Origin: Centroscyllium fabricii
Lineage: Eukaryota
NCBI GenBank assembly: GCA_051313645.2
Contig: JBNRSN020000012.1
Coordinates: 36,518,001 to 36,582,000 of the forward strand
Direction: 5' to 3'
DNA length: 64,000 nt
Shown: one piece after another, positions 26,446 to 38,722 of the stretch
Position numbering within the stretch: the first letter of the stretch is position 1
Layout: each line of letters begins with the position of its first letter
The notes under the pieces: generated by a model
The model's database searches: none
The model's input: the letters and a program-made list of their open reading frames with translations, nothing else
What the model was told of the DNA's origin: nothing
Program-made: the position numbers and the translations under genes

Positions 26446-27494
26446 CATAGACCTGGCGAGTTGATGAGGCCTGGATTGGTCCAGGGTGATGGAGGCCAGC
26501 GTTGGGTTCGATGAGTCGTACGTTGAGGCGGTGGAGAAGTCGGGCCCTGGTCCCAAGATGGCAGCCTGCACGGTTTACACACGGCCGGCAGCGTCCAAGA
26601 TGGCGCCTGGTCCCAAGATGGCGGCCTGCACGGTTCACACGCAGCCGGCGGCGTCCAAGATGGCGGCCTCCACGGCCCACATGTGGCGCTGCTTGATTTG
26701 GGGGCTGGTTTGGTTCTGCACACCTTGGCGTAGTGTCCCTTCTTACCGCAGCCGGAGCAGATCGCGTCCTTCGCTGGACAGCGTTGTCTGGGGTGCTTGG
26801 CTTGACGGCAGAAATAGCACTTCGGGCCGCTTGGTATCGCAGCTGTCGTCGGGTCACTGGTGGGTCGTGGCGGAAGTGGCGTAGCGCAGGCCTGCGGCCT
26901 CCCCGAGTCCCAAGATGGCAGCGTCCGCGGTATCCACGAGGCGGCCGCGTGGTCAGGGGAGTAGGCGTCCATGTTCCTGAGGGCCACGTCTAGCGAGTCC
27001 GCGAGCTCTATCGTCCTTTGCAGGTCGAGCCCACCCTGTTCCAACAGTCTTTGTCGGATATAGCCAGACCTGATGTCGGCGACATAGGTGTCCCTGATCA
27101 AGCTCTCGGTGTGCACTATAGCCGTCACCGCTTTACAGTCACAGGCCCGACCGAGGGCCCTCAGTGCCTGCAGGTATTCATCGCCCAACTCACCGGGTTG
27201 CTGCTTGCGGGTAGCCAGGAGGTGCCTGGCGTAGACTGTGTTGACCTTCTTAGTGTACTGGCTTTTTAAGAGCCTGATCGCTTCGGGGCAGGACGTGGCG
27301 TCTCTGATCATTGAGTACACTCGGGGGCCTACCCGGGAGTTGAGGACCAGCAGCTTTTCGGCGCCTGTCCGGACGGTTGTGCCGGATGCGTGGAGGAACG
27401 CTTCGAAACAGCTCAACCAGTGCTCGAACATGTTAGAAGCATCTGGCAATTGCGGATCCAGTTCTAGTGTTGTAAGTTTTAGAATTTGCTCCAT
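26445..27494 (-). pseudogene. gag: Gag of element A
   Basis: YARHLLATRKQQPGE, IRQRLLE, two CCHC-type knuckles; homologous to 34115-35035. Confidence 0.9.
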
Positions 27495-27518
27495 GGTACA
27501 AAATTTAGCGAATAAAAT

Positions 27519-27763
27519 TGATGCACTATCAATAACCTCAAAAGACTAGAAGTTATGTGAATAAACGATAGGCTTTTATTCACTAAGAAGCAGCATACCT
27601 TTCTGCTGAGTGACTAGTCCAAGACTGACGGGGGGTTGGGGAGCGGTCACCCTTATACCTGGGTCCGGGGGAGGAGCCACAGGCGGGGCCAGCAGGGGCA
27701 TGTCCAGACAGGTTACATGCAGTGGACCATAATACAATACGTGTAATACAGTGGTTTACCACA
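27519..27763 (-). repeat. 5' LTR of element A
   Basis: TATAAG box, TCAGT Inr about 30 nt downstream, AATAAA. Confidence 0.95.
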
Positions 27764-28202
27764 ATGCTGCAACCATGAAGTAATCAAGAGCTACATACGG
27801 TTGATTTCCCGTCTGATTTTCACTTACTTCCTGTTTTTCTGCTTAATGGAAATGATAAGACTTTAAACTTAGTGTGAAGAGAATTCAGCCATGGTGAGGA
27901 AGCACTTACTTCCTGAGGACATTAACACCCTGCTGTGTCACCACTACACAGACACCAGTCACCGTCCAGTACATGACCCAAGTGGCCATTGTTCATGTGT
28001 AAGACTAGACAGTGAGGGTCAATGGGCTATTTCTTCATGTGGGACATCACAGATGATTCATACATGTGCAATTCAGCTCCATTATCTTAACCAAGTGACC
28101 TACTGGGAGCCCCTCCAAAGATGTAAATTGTTTTATTATTAATATGATATATAGCTATGATAAAACCTAAGATATTGAAATGATTCAACTGAACATGTGT
28201 CA

Positions 28203-29140
28203 CCAACAACACCTTGTATTTATATACCGCCTTTAACGAAGTAACACGTCCCAAGGCGCTTCACAAGAGCATCATAAAATAAAATTTGAAACCGAGCCAC
28301 ATAAGGGGAAATTAGGGCAGATGAACAAAAGTTTGTTCAAAGAGGTAGGTTTTAAGGAGCATCTTAAAGGAAGAAAGAAAGGTAGAGATGCAGAGAGGTT
28401 CAGGAAGGAAGTTCCAGAGGTTGGGGCCTCGGCAGCGGAAGGCACGGCCGCCAATGGTTGAGCGATTAAAATCAGGGATGCTCAAGAGGGCAGAATTAGA
28501 GGAGCATGGATATTTCGGGGGGGGGGGGGGGCGGTTGTGGGGCTGGAGGAGATTACAGAGATAGGGAGGGGCGAGGCCATGGAGGGATTTGAAAACAAGG
28601 ATGCGAATTTTAAAATCGAGGCGTTGCTTAACCGGGAGCCAATGTCGGTCAGCGAGCACACAGGCAGACGATTTTTGCGTGACCGCAAGTTTACGTAGTG
28701 TAGAACGTGGGAGGTCAGCCAGGAGTGTGTTAGTGTGGTAACCGTAATTACCAGTGTATATATATGGATGTGTTCACCTTCAGCTCTGTACATTGTGTGT
28801 ATATATATGGATGTGTTCACCTCCAACTCTGTACATTGTGTGTATATATATGGATGTGTTCACCTCCAACTCTGTACATTGTGTGCAAGGCCAGGTCAGC
28901 CACACCTCTAACTCCTCCCCTCAGGTGGGAGCTTATAGGTGAGGGCCGCCCTGCCCCCGCTCATTCTCGCCTTGAACTCGACAGGAGACTAGCTCCATTG
29001 TAAGTGAATAAAAGCCTGTAGTTTGGGTAACTACTCGTCTTTCGTGTTTGATTAACGATACGTCAGTTAGAATAGTCAAGTCTGGAGGTAACAAAAGCAT
29101 GAATGATGGTTTCAGTAGCAGATGAGATGAGGCAGGGTCA
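28203..29140 (-). mobile_element. L2 LINE 3' portion interrupted by a solo LTR
   Basis: HWLPVKQRLDFKI.ILVFKSLHGLAPPYL; L2 tail at 28203-28270. Confidence 0.85.
28734..29065 (+). mobile_element. Solo LTR related to elements A/B, with three 43-bp tandem repeats
   Basis: TGTGGTAA...GATACGTCA; TSD GTTAG; AATAAAAGCC. Confidence 0.92.
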
Positions 29141-29141
29141 A

Positions 29142-29657
29142 AAATGTCCACTTCCCTGCCCACTCCCCGTAACCCCTTATTTCCTTATCAGCTAGGAAAC
29201 TGTCTGTTTCCGTTTTAAATTTATTTAATGTCGCAGCTTCCACAGCTCTCTGAGGTAGCAAATTCCATAGATTTACTACCCTCTGAGTGAAGAAGTTCCT
29301 CCTCATCTCAGTTTTGAAAGGGCAGCCCCTTATTCTCAGATTATGCCCCCTAGTTCTGGTCTCACCCATCAGTGGAAACATCCACCTGATCAAGCCCCTT
29401 CACAATCTTATATGTTTCAATAAGATCGCCTCTCATTCTTCTGAATTCCAATGAGTAGAGGCCCAACCTACTCAACCTTTCCTCATAAGTCAACCACCTC
29501 ATCTCCGGAATCAACTGAGTGAAACTTCTCTGAACTGCTTCGAGAGCAAGTATATCTTTTCTTAAATATGGAAACCAAAACTGTACGCAGTATTCCAGGT
29601 GTGGCCTCACCAGTACCCTGTATAACTGCAGCAGGACTGCCCTGCTTTTATACTCAT
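29142..29657 (-). mobile_element. CR1 LINE 3' fragment
   Basis: [29 protein letters not shown]. Confidence 0.9.
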
Positions 29658-29901
29658 CTGGAGGTTGGCCTTATCTCTAGTTGACTTCTTTTTCTTTACA
29701 GGGCGGATCTAACAATTATCTCCTTAGCAGAGGAGAACTGCAGGCATCTGCTGTGGCTGCAATCAGAAGAAGCAGTTAAAGGCCTTTTTTGAAAATGTAA
29801 AGATAATGCTCCACCTATCACTCAGTCAGACAGATCACCCTTTCCTCTTCACTGGTATTTTTTGAGAGAAGCCGCTGCTGCATTGCCGAAAGTCTGCTGG
29901 G

Positions 29902-30178
29902 TGTGGTAAACGTGTATTTACCATCTGTATATAATGTCCACACCAGTAATGACCTGACGGCATTACTGGTCACATACCTGTATATCTGTAAATACCTGAC
30001 GGCAGGAACTGCCCCACCTCTAACTCCTCCCCTCAGGTCGGAGTACATAGGTGGCTGCTGACCATCCCCCGTTCATTCACCGTCTTAACCTCATCCGGAG
30101 ACCAGCTCCATTTATAGTTAATAAAAGCCTTTAGTTGAGGTAACTATTCGTCTTTGTGTCTTAACTGACGATACGTCA
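29902..30178 (+). mobile_element. Solo LTR related to element B
   Basis: TGTGGTAAAC...GATACGTCA; TSD CTGGG. Confidence 0.92.
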
Positions 30179-30951
30179 CTGGGCAGATACATACATCTTA
30201 TACTAAGGCTGTTACTGTCGCTGCTTAAAGAAAGTGAAATAAACTGGAGAAAAGTCACAATACAGAAGGTCCAAAAATAATTTTTAAATGAGAGAAATGT
30301 TTTCAGAAACAGTAAACCTTTGCTAGACTTTCCCTGTCAGTCTTTCTCTTACATTGATTGCCTCCCTTGCAGTCGCAGAGCAAAATTCTCTAAATGGCAA
30401 TGGGAGTCTTTTTGTTCTCTACCGCCCACCCAAGTAGCATAGAAATGTTATCACCAAGATATCTTCACCGCTTTCCTCCCTCAGCCTCTGTACCACACGA
30501 CTTCTCAGCCTCGGTGATTTCAACCTCCATCTCAATTCATCATGCTCTGTCTTCTCTGAGTTCACTAGCCTCCTAACCTCCCTTAATCTCTTCATCCTTG
30601 TCAACTCCCCAACCCATATTCACGGCCACCCCCTCGACCTTGCCATCTCTTGTGGCCTCGCTACTCCCATCGTGCCAATCGCAAATAAGGCCATCTCTGA
30701 CCACTTCCTCGTATTGCTCTCCACCCACATCACCCTTCCCCACCCCAACCCTACTTCCTTCAGTGACTGACCCTGGAAAAAGCTCTCTCCCAACTCTCTT
30801 ACAAGTGCACTTACAAAATCCCAACTGTCCAGCCTTTGGCCTTCCATTCACCATGACATTTCTGCTCAACCACACCCGGGCGAAATTGCCCGGCGAAAGA
30901 CGCGGCCTGCTCGAAATGCGGTAAGAAGGGACATTACGCTAAAGTCTGCCA

Positions 30952-31350
30952 GGGGCGGCACGGTGGCACAATGGTTAGCACTGCTGTCTCACAGCACTGG
31001 AGACCCGGGTTCAAATCCAGCCTCGGGTACTATCTGTGTGGAGTTTGCACATTCTCCCCGTGTCTGCGTGGGTTTCCTCCGGGTGCTCCGGTTTCCTCCC
31101 ACAGTCCAAAGATGTGTGGGTTAGGTTGATTGGCCATGATAAATTGACCCTTAGTGTTAGGGGGATTGAATATGTGGGGTTACGGGGATGGGGTGGGATA
31201 TGTGTCGGTGCAGGCTCGATAGGGATATGGGGAGAGGGCAGGGGCGGGGTGCTGGGTTTGGATGATCAGCCATGATCTCATTGAATGGCGGAGCAGGCTC
31301 GAAGGGCCGAATGGCCTACTCCTGCTCCTAGTTTCTATGTTTCTATGTTC
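30952..31350 (+). mobile_element. HE1-like V-SINE, full length
   Basis: A/B boxes, V-domain, CR1 tail with (TTTCTATG)n. Confidence 0.92.
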
Positions 31351-31534
31351 TACCACCACCTTTGATGCCCTGGTCCCTATTAAAACAATTAGTCTCTCTC
31401 ACCCTGGCCATTCCCCCTGGTACGGCCCTCATCTTCACTCCCTCAAGTCCAAGGGACGCAAACCTGAACGGATATGGCGGACAACTAGTATAACCATTCA
31501 CTGCCAGATCTGGCTGGACCACATAAAGCATTAG

Positions 31535-32130
31535 AGAAACATAGGAGCAGGAGTTGGCCATTCGGCCCTTCGAGCCTGCTCCGCACATTCAATATGATCA
31601 TAGTTGATCCTCGATCTCAATACCATGTTCCCACTCTCTCCCCATACCCTTTGATGTCTTTTGTGTCAAGAAATCTATCTATCTGTCTAGAATATCCTCC
31701 CTGCATCCAGTCTGTCTAGCCCTGTCAGAATTTTATACATTTCAATGAGATTCCCTCTCATTCTTCTAAACTCTAGTGAATACAGGCCTAGTCGACACAA
31801 TCTCTCCTCATACGACAGTTCTGCCATCCCAGGAATCAGTCTGGTGAACCTTCGCTACACTCCTTCTATGGCAAGTATATCCTTTCTTAGGCAAAGAGAC
31901 CAAAACTGCACACAGTACTCCAGGTGTGGTCTTACCAAGGTCCTGCATAACTGTAGTAAGACATCCTTGCTCCTGTACTTAAATCCTCTTGCAATGAAGG
32001 CCAGCATACCATTTGCCTTCCTAACTGCTTTCTGCACCTGCATGGTTGCTTTCAGTGACTGGTGTACAAGGACACCTAAGTCCCTTTTTACATCAGCATT
32101 TCCCAATCTAGCACCATTTAAATAACTATC
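31535..32130 (-). mobile_element. CR1 LINE 3' fragment with an internal deletion
   Basis: RDLGVLVH, KANGMLAFI, RPHLEYC. Confidence 0.9.
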
Positions 32131-33827
32131 GGGTCCTGCTATCATCTGCCAAAATTGTTCACTATTCCAGAATCATTCTGGAATGCAAAGATAAACCCCA
32201 GATTCTATTCTCTTCTGCTAACCATCTTCTTAAACCCCACTCCCCTGTCTCTTCCACCCTCACATTCGACAACAAGAGTGAAGAGCTCATGGACTTCTTT
32301 GTCTCTAAGATTGAGACCATCCGTTCAGCTGCCTCTGCCACTTCCCTGCCTTCCCCTAGCCCATGAGGCCAAACTTCCTCTAAGGTTTCCCCCTGCCCTA
32401 GCCCTGAACTCACATCTTTCTCCAGTTTCTCTCCAATCTCCCCTCATGACCCCTTCGTGCTCATCTTGTCCATGAGACTCACTTCCTACTCCCTTGACCC
32501 TATTCCCACCAAACTGCTGATCACTCAACTTCCTTTTCTGGCTCCCATGTTAGCTGACATTGTTAACAGTTCTCTCTCCTCAGCTACTGTCCCCTCTCCC
32601 TCTAATCTGCCGTCATCACCCCTCTCCTTAAAAAGACAACGCTTGACCCCTCCATCTCTGCAAACTACCGCCCAATCTCCAACCTCCCTTTCCTCTCCAA
32701 AGTCCTTGAACAGGTTGTCGCCTCCCAAATCCGTGCCCATCTTTTCCGCAACTCCATGTTTGAATCCCTCCAATCAGGTTTCCGCTCCTGCCACAGTGCC
32801 GAAACCGTTCTCATCAAAGTCATAAGTGACATCCTTTGTGACGGTGACAAAGGTAAACTATCGTAAACTATCCCTCCTCGTCCTTCTTAACTTGTCTGCA
32901 GCCTTTGACACGGTTGACCACTCCATCCTCCTCCAACGCCTCACCACCATCGTCCAGCTGGGTGGGACTGCCCTCGCCTGGTTCCATTCTTATCTCTCTA
33001 ATCGTAGCCAGAGAATCACCTGCAACGGGTTCTCATCCCGCTCCTGCATCGTTACCTCTGGTGTCCCCCAAGGATCTATCCTTGGCCCCTCCTATTTCTT
33101 ATCTACATGCTGCCCCTTGGCGACATCATCCGAAAACACAGCGTCAGCTTCTACATGTACGCTGATGACACCCAGCTCCACCTCGCCACCACTTCTCTCG
33201 ACCCCTCCACGGTCTCTGAATTGTCAGACTGCTTGTCTGAAATCCAGTTCTGGATGAGCAGAAATTTTCTCCAGTTAAAGACTGAAGCCATTGTTTTCAG
33301 TCCCCGCCACAAACTCCGTTCCCTAGCCACTGACTCCATCCCTATCCCCAGCATCTGTCTGAGTCTGAACCAGACTGTTTGCAAACTTGGTGTCATTTTT
33401 GACCCTGAAATGAGCTTCCGATCACATATCCGCAGCATAACTGAGAACCCCATTTCCACCTCCGTAACATCGCCCATCTCCACACTTGCCTCAGCTCATC
33501 TGCAGCCGAAACCCTCATCGATGCCTTTGTTACCTTTGGATTTGACTGTTCCAATGCACTCCCGGCTGACCTCCTACGTTCTACCCCACATAAACTTGAG
33601 GTGATCCAAAGCTCGGCTGCCCATGTCCTAACTCGCACCAAGTCCCATTCACCCATCACTCATGTGCTCGACATTGGCTCCCGATTAAGCAGCGGCTCGA
33701 TTTCAAAATTCCCATCCTTGTTTTCAAATCCCTCCATGGCCTCACCCCTCCCTATCTCTGTAATCTCCTCCAGCCCCACAATCCCCCCGAGATATCTGCA
33801 CTCCTCTAATTTTGCCCTCTTGAGGAT

Positions 33828-34096
33828 TGTGGTAAACTGGTATTTCACCACAGTATCGTACCACTGTAATGGTACCATAATGCACCACTGTACATATGTA
33901 GATATCTGTATACAGGAGCCTGCCTCAGCTGACCCACCTCTGACTCCTCCCCTGAGTCCAGGTATATAGGTAATTGCCTACCATCCCCCGGTCAGTACAG
34001 ACCCGAGCTCAGCTGAGACACGCTCCATTCTATAGTTGATAAAAGCCTTCAGTTGAGGTAACTATTCATCTTTGTGTCTGAATTGACGATACGTCA
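33828..34096 (+). repeat. 5' LTR of element B
   Basis: TG...CA; TATATAG box; TCAGT Inr. Confidence 0.95.
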
Positions 34097-34114
34097 ATTT
34101 TATTTACTATAATT

Positions 34115-35035
34115 TTGAACATGGAGAGCAGTGCAGTAAAACCGGACCGCCTCGATATCAACCCTCAGGCGCCCGATGCGGCGAACAATTTCGAACATTG
34201 GTTTGGCTGTGTCGAGGCCTACATGAAGGCCATGAAGGCGACCAGTGAGGAGGACAAACTCCAAGTACTGGCATCCAGGATCAGCGGCCGGGTGTATTCA
34301 CTCATCAGAGGCATCAAGACCTATAAAGAAGCTGCCAAGAAGCTGAAGGACAGCTATATGCGCCCGGTCCACTCGGTTTATGCCAGACACATATTGGCGA
34401 CCAGAAGGCAACGGCTGGGTGAGTCAAACGAAGAATTTTTGTTTGCGCTCCAAGCCCTCATACGGGCCTGCGACATCAAGGCAACGACGGCCGAGGAAGG
34501 GGCCAATCTCCTGGTCCGCGATGCATATGTAGCAGGACTCAGGTCCAGCCAGGCCCGACAACGGCTGTTGGAACAAGAGACTCTATCGCTCGAGTCCGCT
34601 ATCATGCTGTCTAATGCGGTGGACAGAGCGCTCAAGCGTATGGACGCTTACGGGGACAATGACTCTCACACGGGCCCACCTAACCTCTGGGTGCTGCAGA
34701 CACAGGCCGAAGCCCCAATGACAGCAGCGGCAGCTGCGAAGACGGCGGCGGGTCCCAAATGCTACTTCAGGGGCCAGGCGAAACACCCGCGAGCGCTGTG
34801 CCCCGCGAGGAATGCGACCTGCACGAGGTGCGGGAAGAAGGGACATTTTGCGAAGGCTTGCAAGTCCAGCCTGACCTCAAGACCCAACAGCGCGGCCTGC
34901 GAAGCCAACGATGCCACTCTGTGGCCACAGGTATGGTGCTGCAGCGCGACCCAACAGCAGCCAGCCAGGTGCAAATCGCGGGCACCGCCATCACTTTTAA
35001 AATCACGGCGGCGGCCAGCCGCGCGCGCGGCATAG
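34115..35035 (+). pseudogene. gag: Gag of element B
   Basis: YARHILATRRQ, RQRLLEQ, CTRCGKKGHFAKAC. Confidence 0.9.
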
Positions 35036-35459
35036 GCGCCGCCATCTTCAGCGTGACCGCGGCCAGCCATGTGTGACCCACCAGCGCCGCCATCTTCCAC
35101 ACAGCGGTCAGCCGCGTGCAAACCACGGGCGCCGCCATCTTGCCTACAGCGGTCAGCCGCGTGCGAACCACAGCTGCCGCCATCTTTGCCGCGGCCGCCA
35201 TCTTGCCCACAGCGGTCAGCCGCGTGCGAACCACGGGTGCCGCCATCTTGCCCACAGCGGTCAGCCGCGTGCGAATCATGGGCGCCGCCATCTTTGCCGC
35301 AACAACAGCTAGACACATGCGAAACGCCAGCGCCGCCATCTTCGGAGCGGCCATCTTGCCACTCGCCCCAGACGGGGCCCCAGCCAGCGGAGGGCCCCCC
35401 ACACACACAACATCGGCCTCAGCCACAGTCAATCAGGCCAGGCCGCACGCCTTATCCAA

Positions 35460-38400
35460 CTCCATGATGGGGATCAAGGTGGAGGGGCACGCCACTAACT
35501 GCCTGTTCGACACCGGTAGCACAGAGAGCTTCATTCATCCCGACACAGTGCGGCGCTACGCACTGCAGACCCAGCGACGCATTACCAAATCTCCCTAGCC
35601 TCAAAGTCCCACTCGGTGGACATCACCGGCTACTGCAGCGTCAGGCTCACCATCAGGGACCGCACTTACCGTAATTTTAAGCAGTACGTTCTCCCGCAGC
35701 TGTGCGCCCCAGTATTACTGGGACTGGATTTCCAGTGTCACCTGAAGAGCGTGACGATGGAATACGGTGGGTCCCTGGCCCCCCTCACCGTCAGTAGCCG
35801 GGCCGATCCCGACCTAACGCGGCGCTCGACTTGCGGCCTGTCCACACTGAAAGTCGACCCCCCCTCGCTGTTCGCCAACCTCGACCCCAAGTGCAAACCC
35901 ATTGCAACCAAAAGTCGGCGGTACACTGCAGGGGACCGGGTGTTTATCAGGTCGGAGGTCGAGTGCCTGCTAAAGGAAGGAATCATTGAGGCCAGCACCA
36001 GCCCCTGGCGGGCCCAGGTCGTGGTGGTTAAGACGGGCGAGAAACTGCGCATGGTCATATACTATAGCCAGATGATTAACCACTACACTGGGCTCGACGC
36101 CTACCCCGCATCTCGGATATGGTAAACCAGATCGCCCAGTACAAGGTCTTCTCCACGATCGACCTCAAGTCGGCGTATCACCAGCTCCCCATCCGGAATT
36201 CCGACCACCGGTACACCGCCTTCGAGGCGAACGGCTGGCTCTACCACTTCCTCTGGGTCCCCTTCGGCATGACCAATGGAGTGTCGGTCTTCCAATGGGA
36301 GATGGACCGGATGGTTGACCAAAACGAGTTGCAGGTCACTTTCCCGTACCTGGACAACGTGACCATCTGCGGCCATGACCAGCAGGACCATGATGCCAAC
36401 CTCGCCAAATTCCTTCACACGGCCAAACGGCTGAACCTGACGTATAATAAGGATAAGTGCGTCTTTAGTACGGAGCGGCTCGCCATCCTCAGCTATGATG
36501 TGGAAAACAGGGTCCTCGGCCCCGATCCCCAACGTATGCGTCCCCTGCAGGAGCTGCCCTTACCCCACAATCTCAGAGCCCTGAAGAGATGCCTGGGGTT
36601 TTTCTCCTATTATGCACAATGGGTTCCCCAGTATGCAGATAAGGCCAGACCTCTCCTCAAGGCCGACATCTTCCCACTCCCGGCAGAAGCCCAAGCGGCA
36701 TTCGCCCAGATCAAGGAAGACATCATCAAGGCGACCATGCACGCCGTTGATGAGTCCATCCCCTTCCAGGTGGAAAGCGACGCATCGGACTTTGCCTTCA
36801 CCGCCACCCTCAACCAGGTGGGCAGGCCCGTAGCGTTCTTCTATCGGACCCTACAGGGACCCGAAATTCGCCACTCCGCAGTGGGAAAGGAGGCCCAGGC
36901 TATTGTGGAGGCAGTGCGCTATTGGCGCCACTACCTGGCCGGTAAGAGATTTACCCTACTCACCGACCAACGGTCGGTGGCGTTTATGTTTAACACTAAA
37001 CAGCGGGGTAAAATTAAGAATGATAAGATCCTTCGGTGGCGGATCGAGCTCTTGACTTATGAGTATGACATTCTTTACCAGCCAGGTAAGCTCAATGAGC
37101 CCCCGGACGCCCTGTCCAGGGGAACGTGCGCCAGCACCCAGCTTGACCGGCTGCAGGACCTCCACGATCGCCTCTGCCACCCGGGTGTCACCAGACTCTC
37201 CCACTTTGTGAAGTTCCATAGCCTCCCCTACTCCATCTCGGAGATCAAGGCTATGACCAAAGAGTGCCCTATCTGCGCTGAATGAAAACCCCAATTTTAC
37301 AGGCCAGACAGGGCGCACTATCTCGGACCGGAAAACCCTGCAGCGGGTAGTCAAAACTGCCCAACGAAATACCGGTACACAGCTACCGTCAATGGAAAGC
37401 ATCTACCTCAAACGCTGCTTACGGAGGTCTATGAACATTATTAAAGACCCCACACACCCCAGCCACAGTCTGTTCGCCCCCCTGCCCTCCGGGAGGCGCT
37501 ACAGAGCAATTTGCACCCGCACGACTAGATTTCAGAACAGCTTCTTCCCCAGGGCTGTCAGCCTCCTGAACTCTAAAAAGAAACTCCGGTACCTGCACGC
37601 CTGATAATGTACTCTACTGTATGCATTTTGCATGTAATTTATTTATTTTATTTGCACTACTCTCGGGAGAGTCGAGTCTTCGTCTCGTTGTATTGTACTA
37701 GTACTCTGCAATGACAATAAAACTTGAATTGAATTGACATCATCAAGCCCACCTGCCCCTTCGAGCGCCTGAGTGTGGACTTCAAAGGTCCCCTCCCTTC
37801 CACTGACCGCAACTCGGATTTCCTCACGGTCATCAACGAGTTCTCCCGCTTCCCCTTTGCCTTCCCCTGCCCAGATATGACGAGCGCAATGGTGATCAAA
37901 CACTTCACCACGCTGTTCACCATTTTCGGTCTCCCCAGCTACATCCACAGCGACCAGGGGTCGTCGTTCATGAGCGACGAGCTGCGTCAGTTTCTGCTCC
38001 AGAAGGGGATTGCCTCGAGCAGAACGACCAGTTACAACCCCCAGGGGAACGGCCAGGTAGATAGGGAGAACGGGACAATCTGGAGTCCAGAGGCCTTCCA
38101 GTATCCCGTTGGCAGCAGGTCCTCCCTGACGCGCTCCATTCCATCCGCTCTCTGCTGTGTTCCGCTACCAATGTCACACCTCACGAACAATTGTTTTCCT
38201 TCCCCAGGAAATCGACTTCGGGGACAGCACTCCCGCTGTGGCTGACCACCCCGGGGCCAGTCTTGCTTAGGAAGCACGTCCGCGGCCACAAGACTGACCC
38301 CCTGGTGGAACGGGTGCACCTGCTCCACGCAAACCCGCATTATGCGTACGTGGCATACCTGGACGGGCGCGAAAACACAGTCTCAATCAGGGACCTGGCG

Positions 38401-38679
38401 CCCGCCGGGACCACGATCACGGAACCCCCGGTTGAGCCTCAGCTCCACCAGCCACGACCCACCGAACACTGGCCCCCATACACACACACACACACCGGGG
38501 CCCTCGACATCAACGACCGACGAACAGAGGTCGGACATCGCACCACTGCCACCATTGGCGGACGACACAACCCCGACCCCGCGACCAGAACCACCATCAC
38601 CGGCACCCCGTCGGTCCCTCAGGCAGACACGGCCACCCGAGAAACTGATCACAGAATGCTAAATTGCCAACTGTGTTAG
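35460..38679 (+). pseudogene. pol: Pol of element B (PR-RT-RH-IN), disrupted
   Basis: LFDTGS, YLDN, SDAS, HHCC, VDFKGPLP, HSDQG, GNGQVDREN. Confidence 0.93.
37319..37737 (+). mobile_element. Rex1/Babar LINE 3' fragment inserted in the integrase of element B
   Basis: IIKDPTHPSHSLF.PLPSGRRYR...NSFFPRAV; tail ATGACAATAAA(TTGAA)n. Confidence 0.88.
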
Positions 38680-38722
38680 CGCATGTTCACCCCGCCGAAC
38701 TCATTTTTAAAGAAGGGGTGAA

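Larger units (their letters stand above)
18747..27763 (-). mobile_element. Ty3/Gypsy LTR retrotransposon A (YLDN RT, no tRNA PBS), interrupted by a CsRn1-type element
   Basis: 245-bp LTRs at 27519-27763 and 18747-18991; perfect TSD ATGCT; PPT AAACAGGGGGTGAA; gag, RT, RH and IN motifs. Confidence 0.95.

Noticed and set aside
30952-31030. tRNA gene (also the other SINE heads)
   Set aside because: The A/B boxes run directly into the V-domain and CR1 tail, so these are SINE heads
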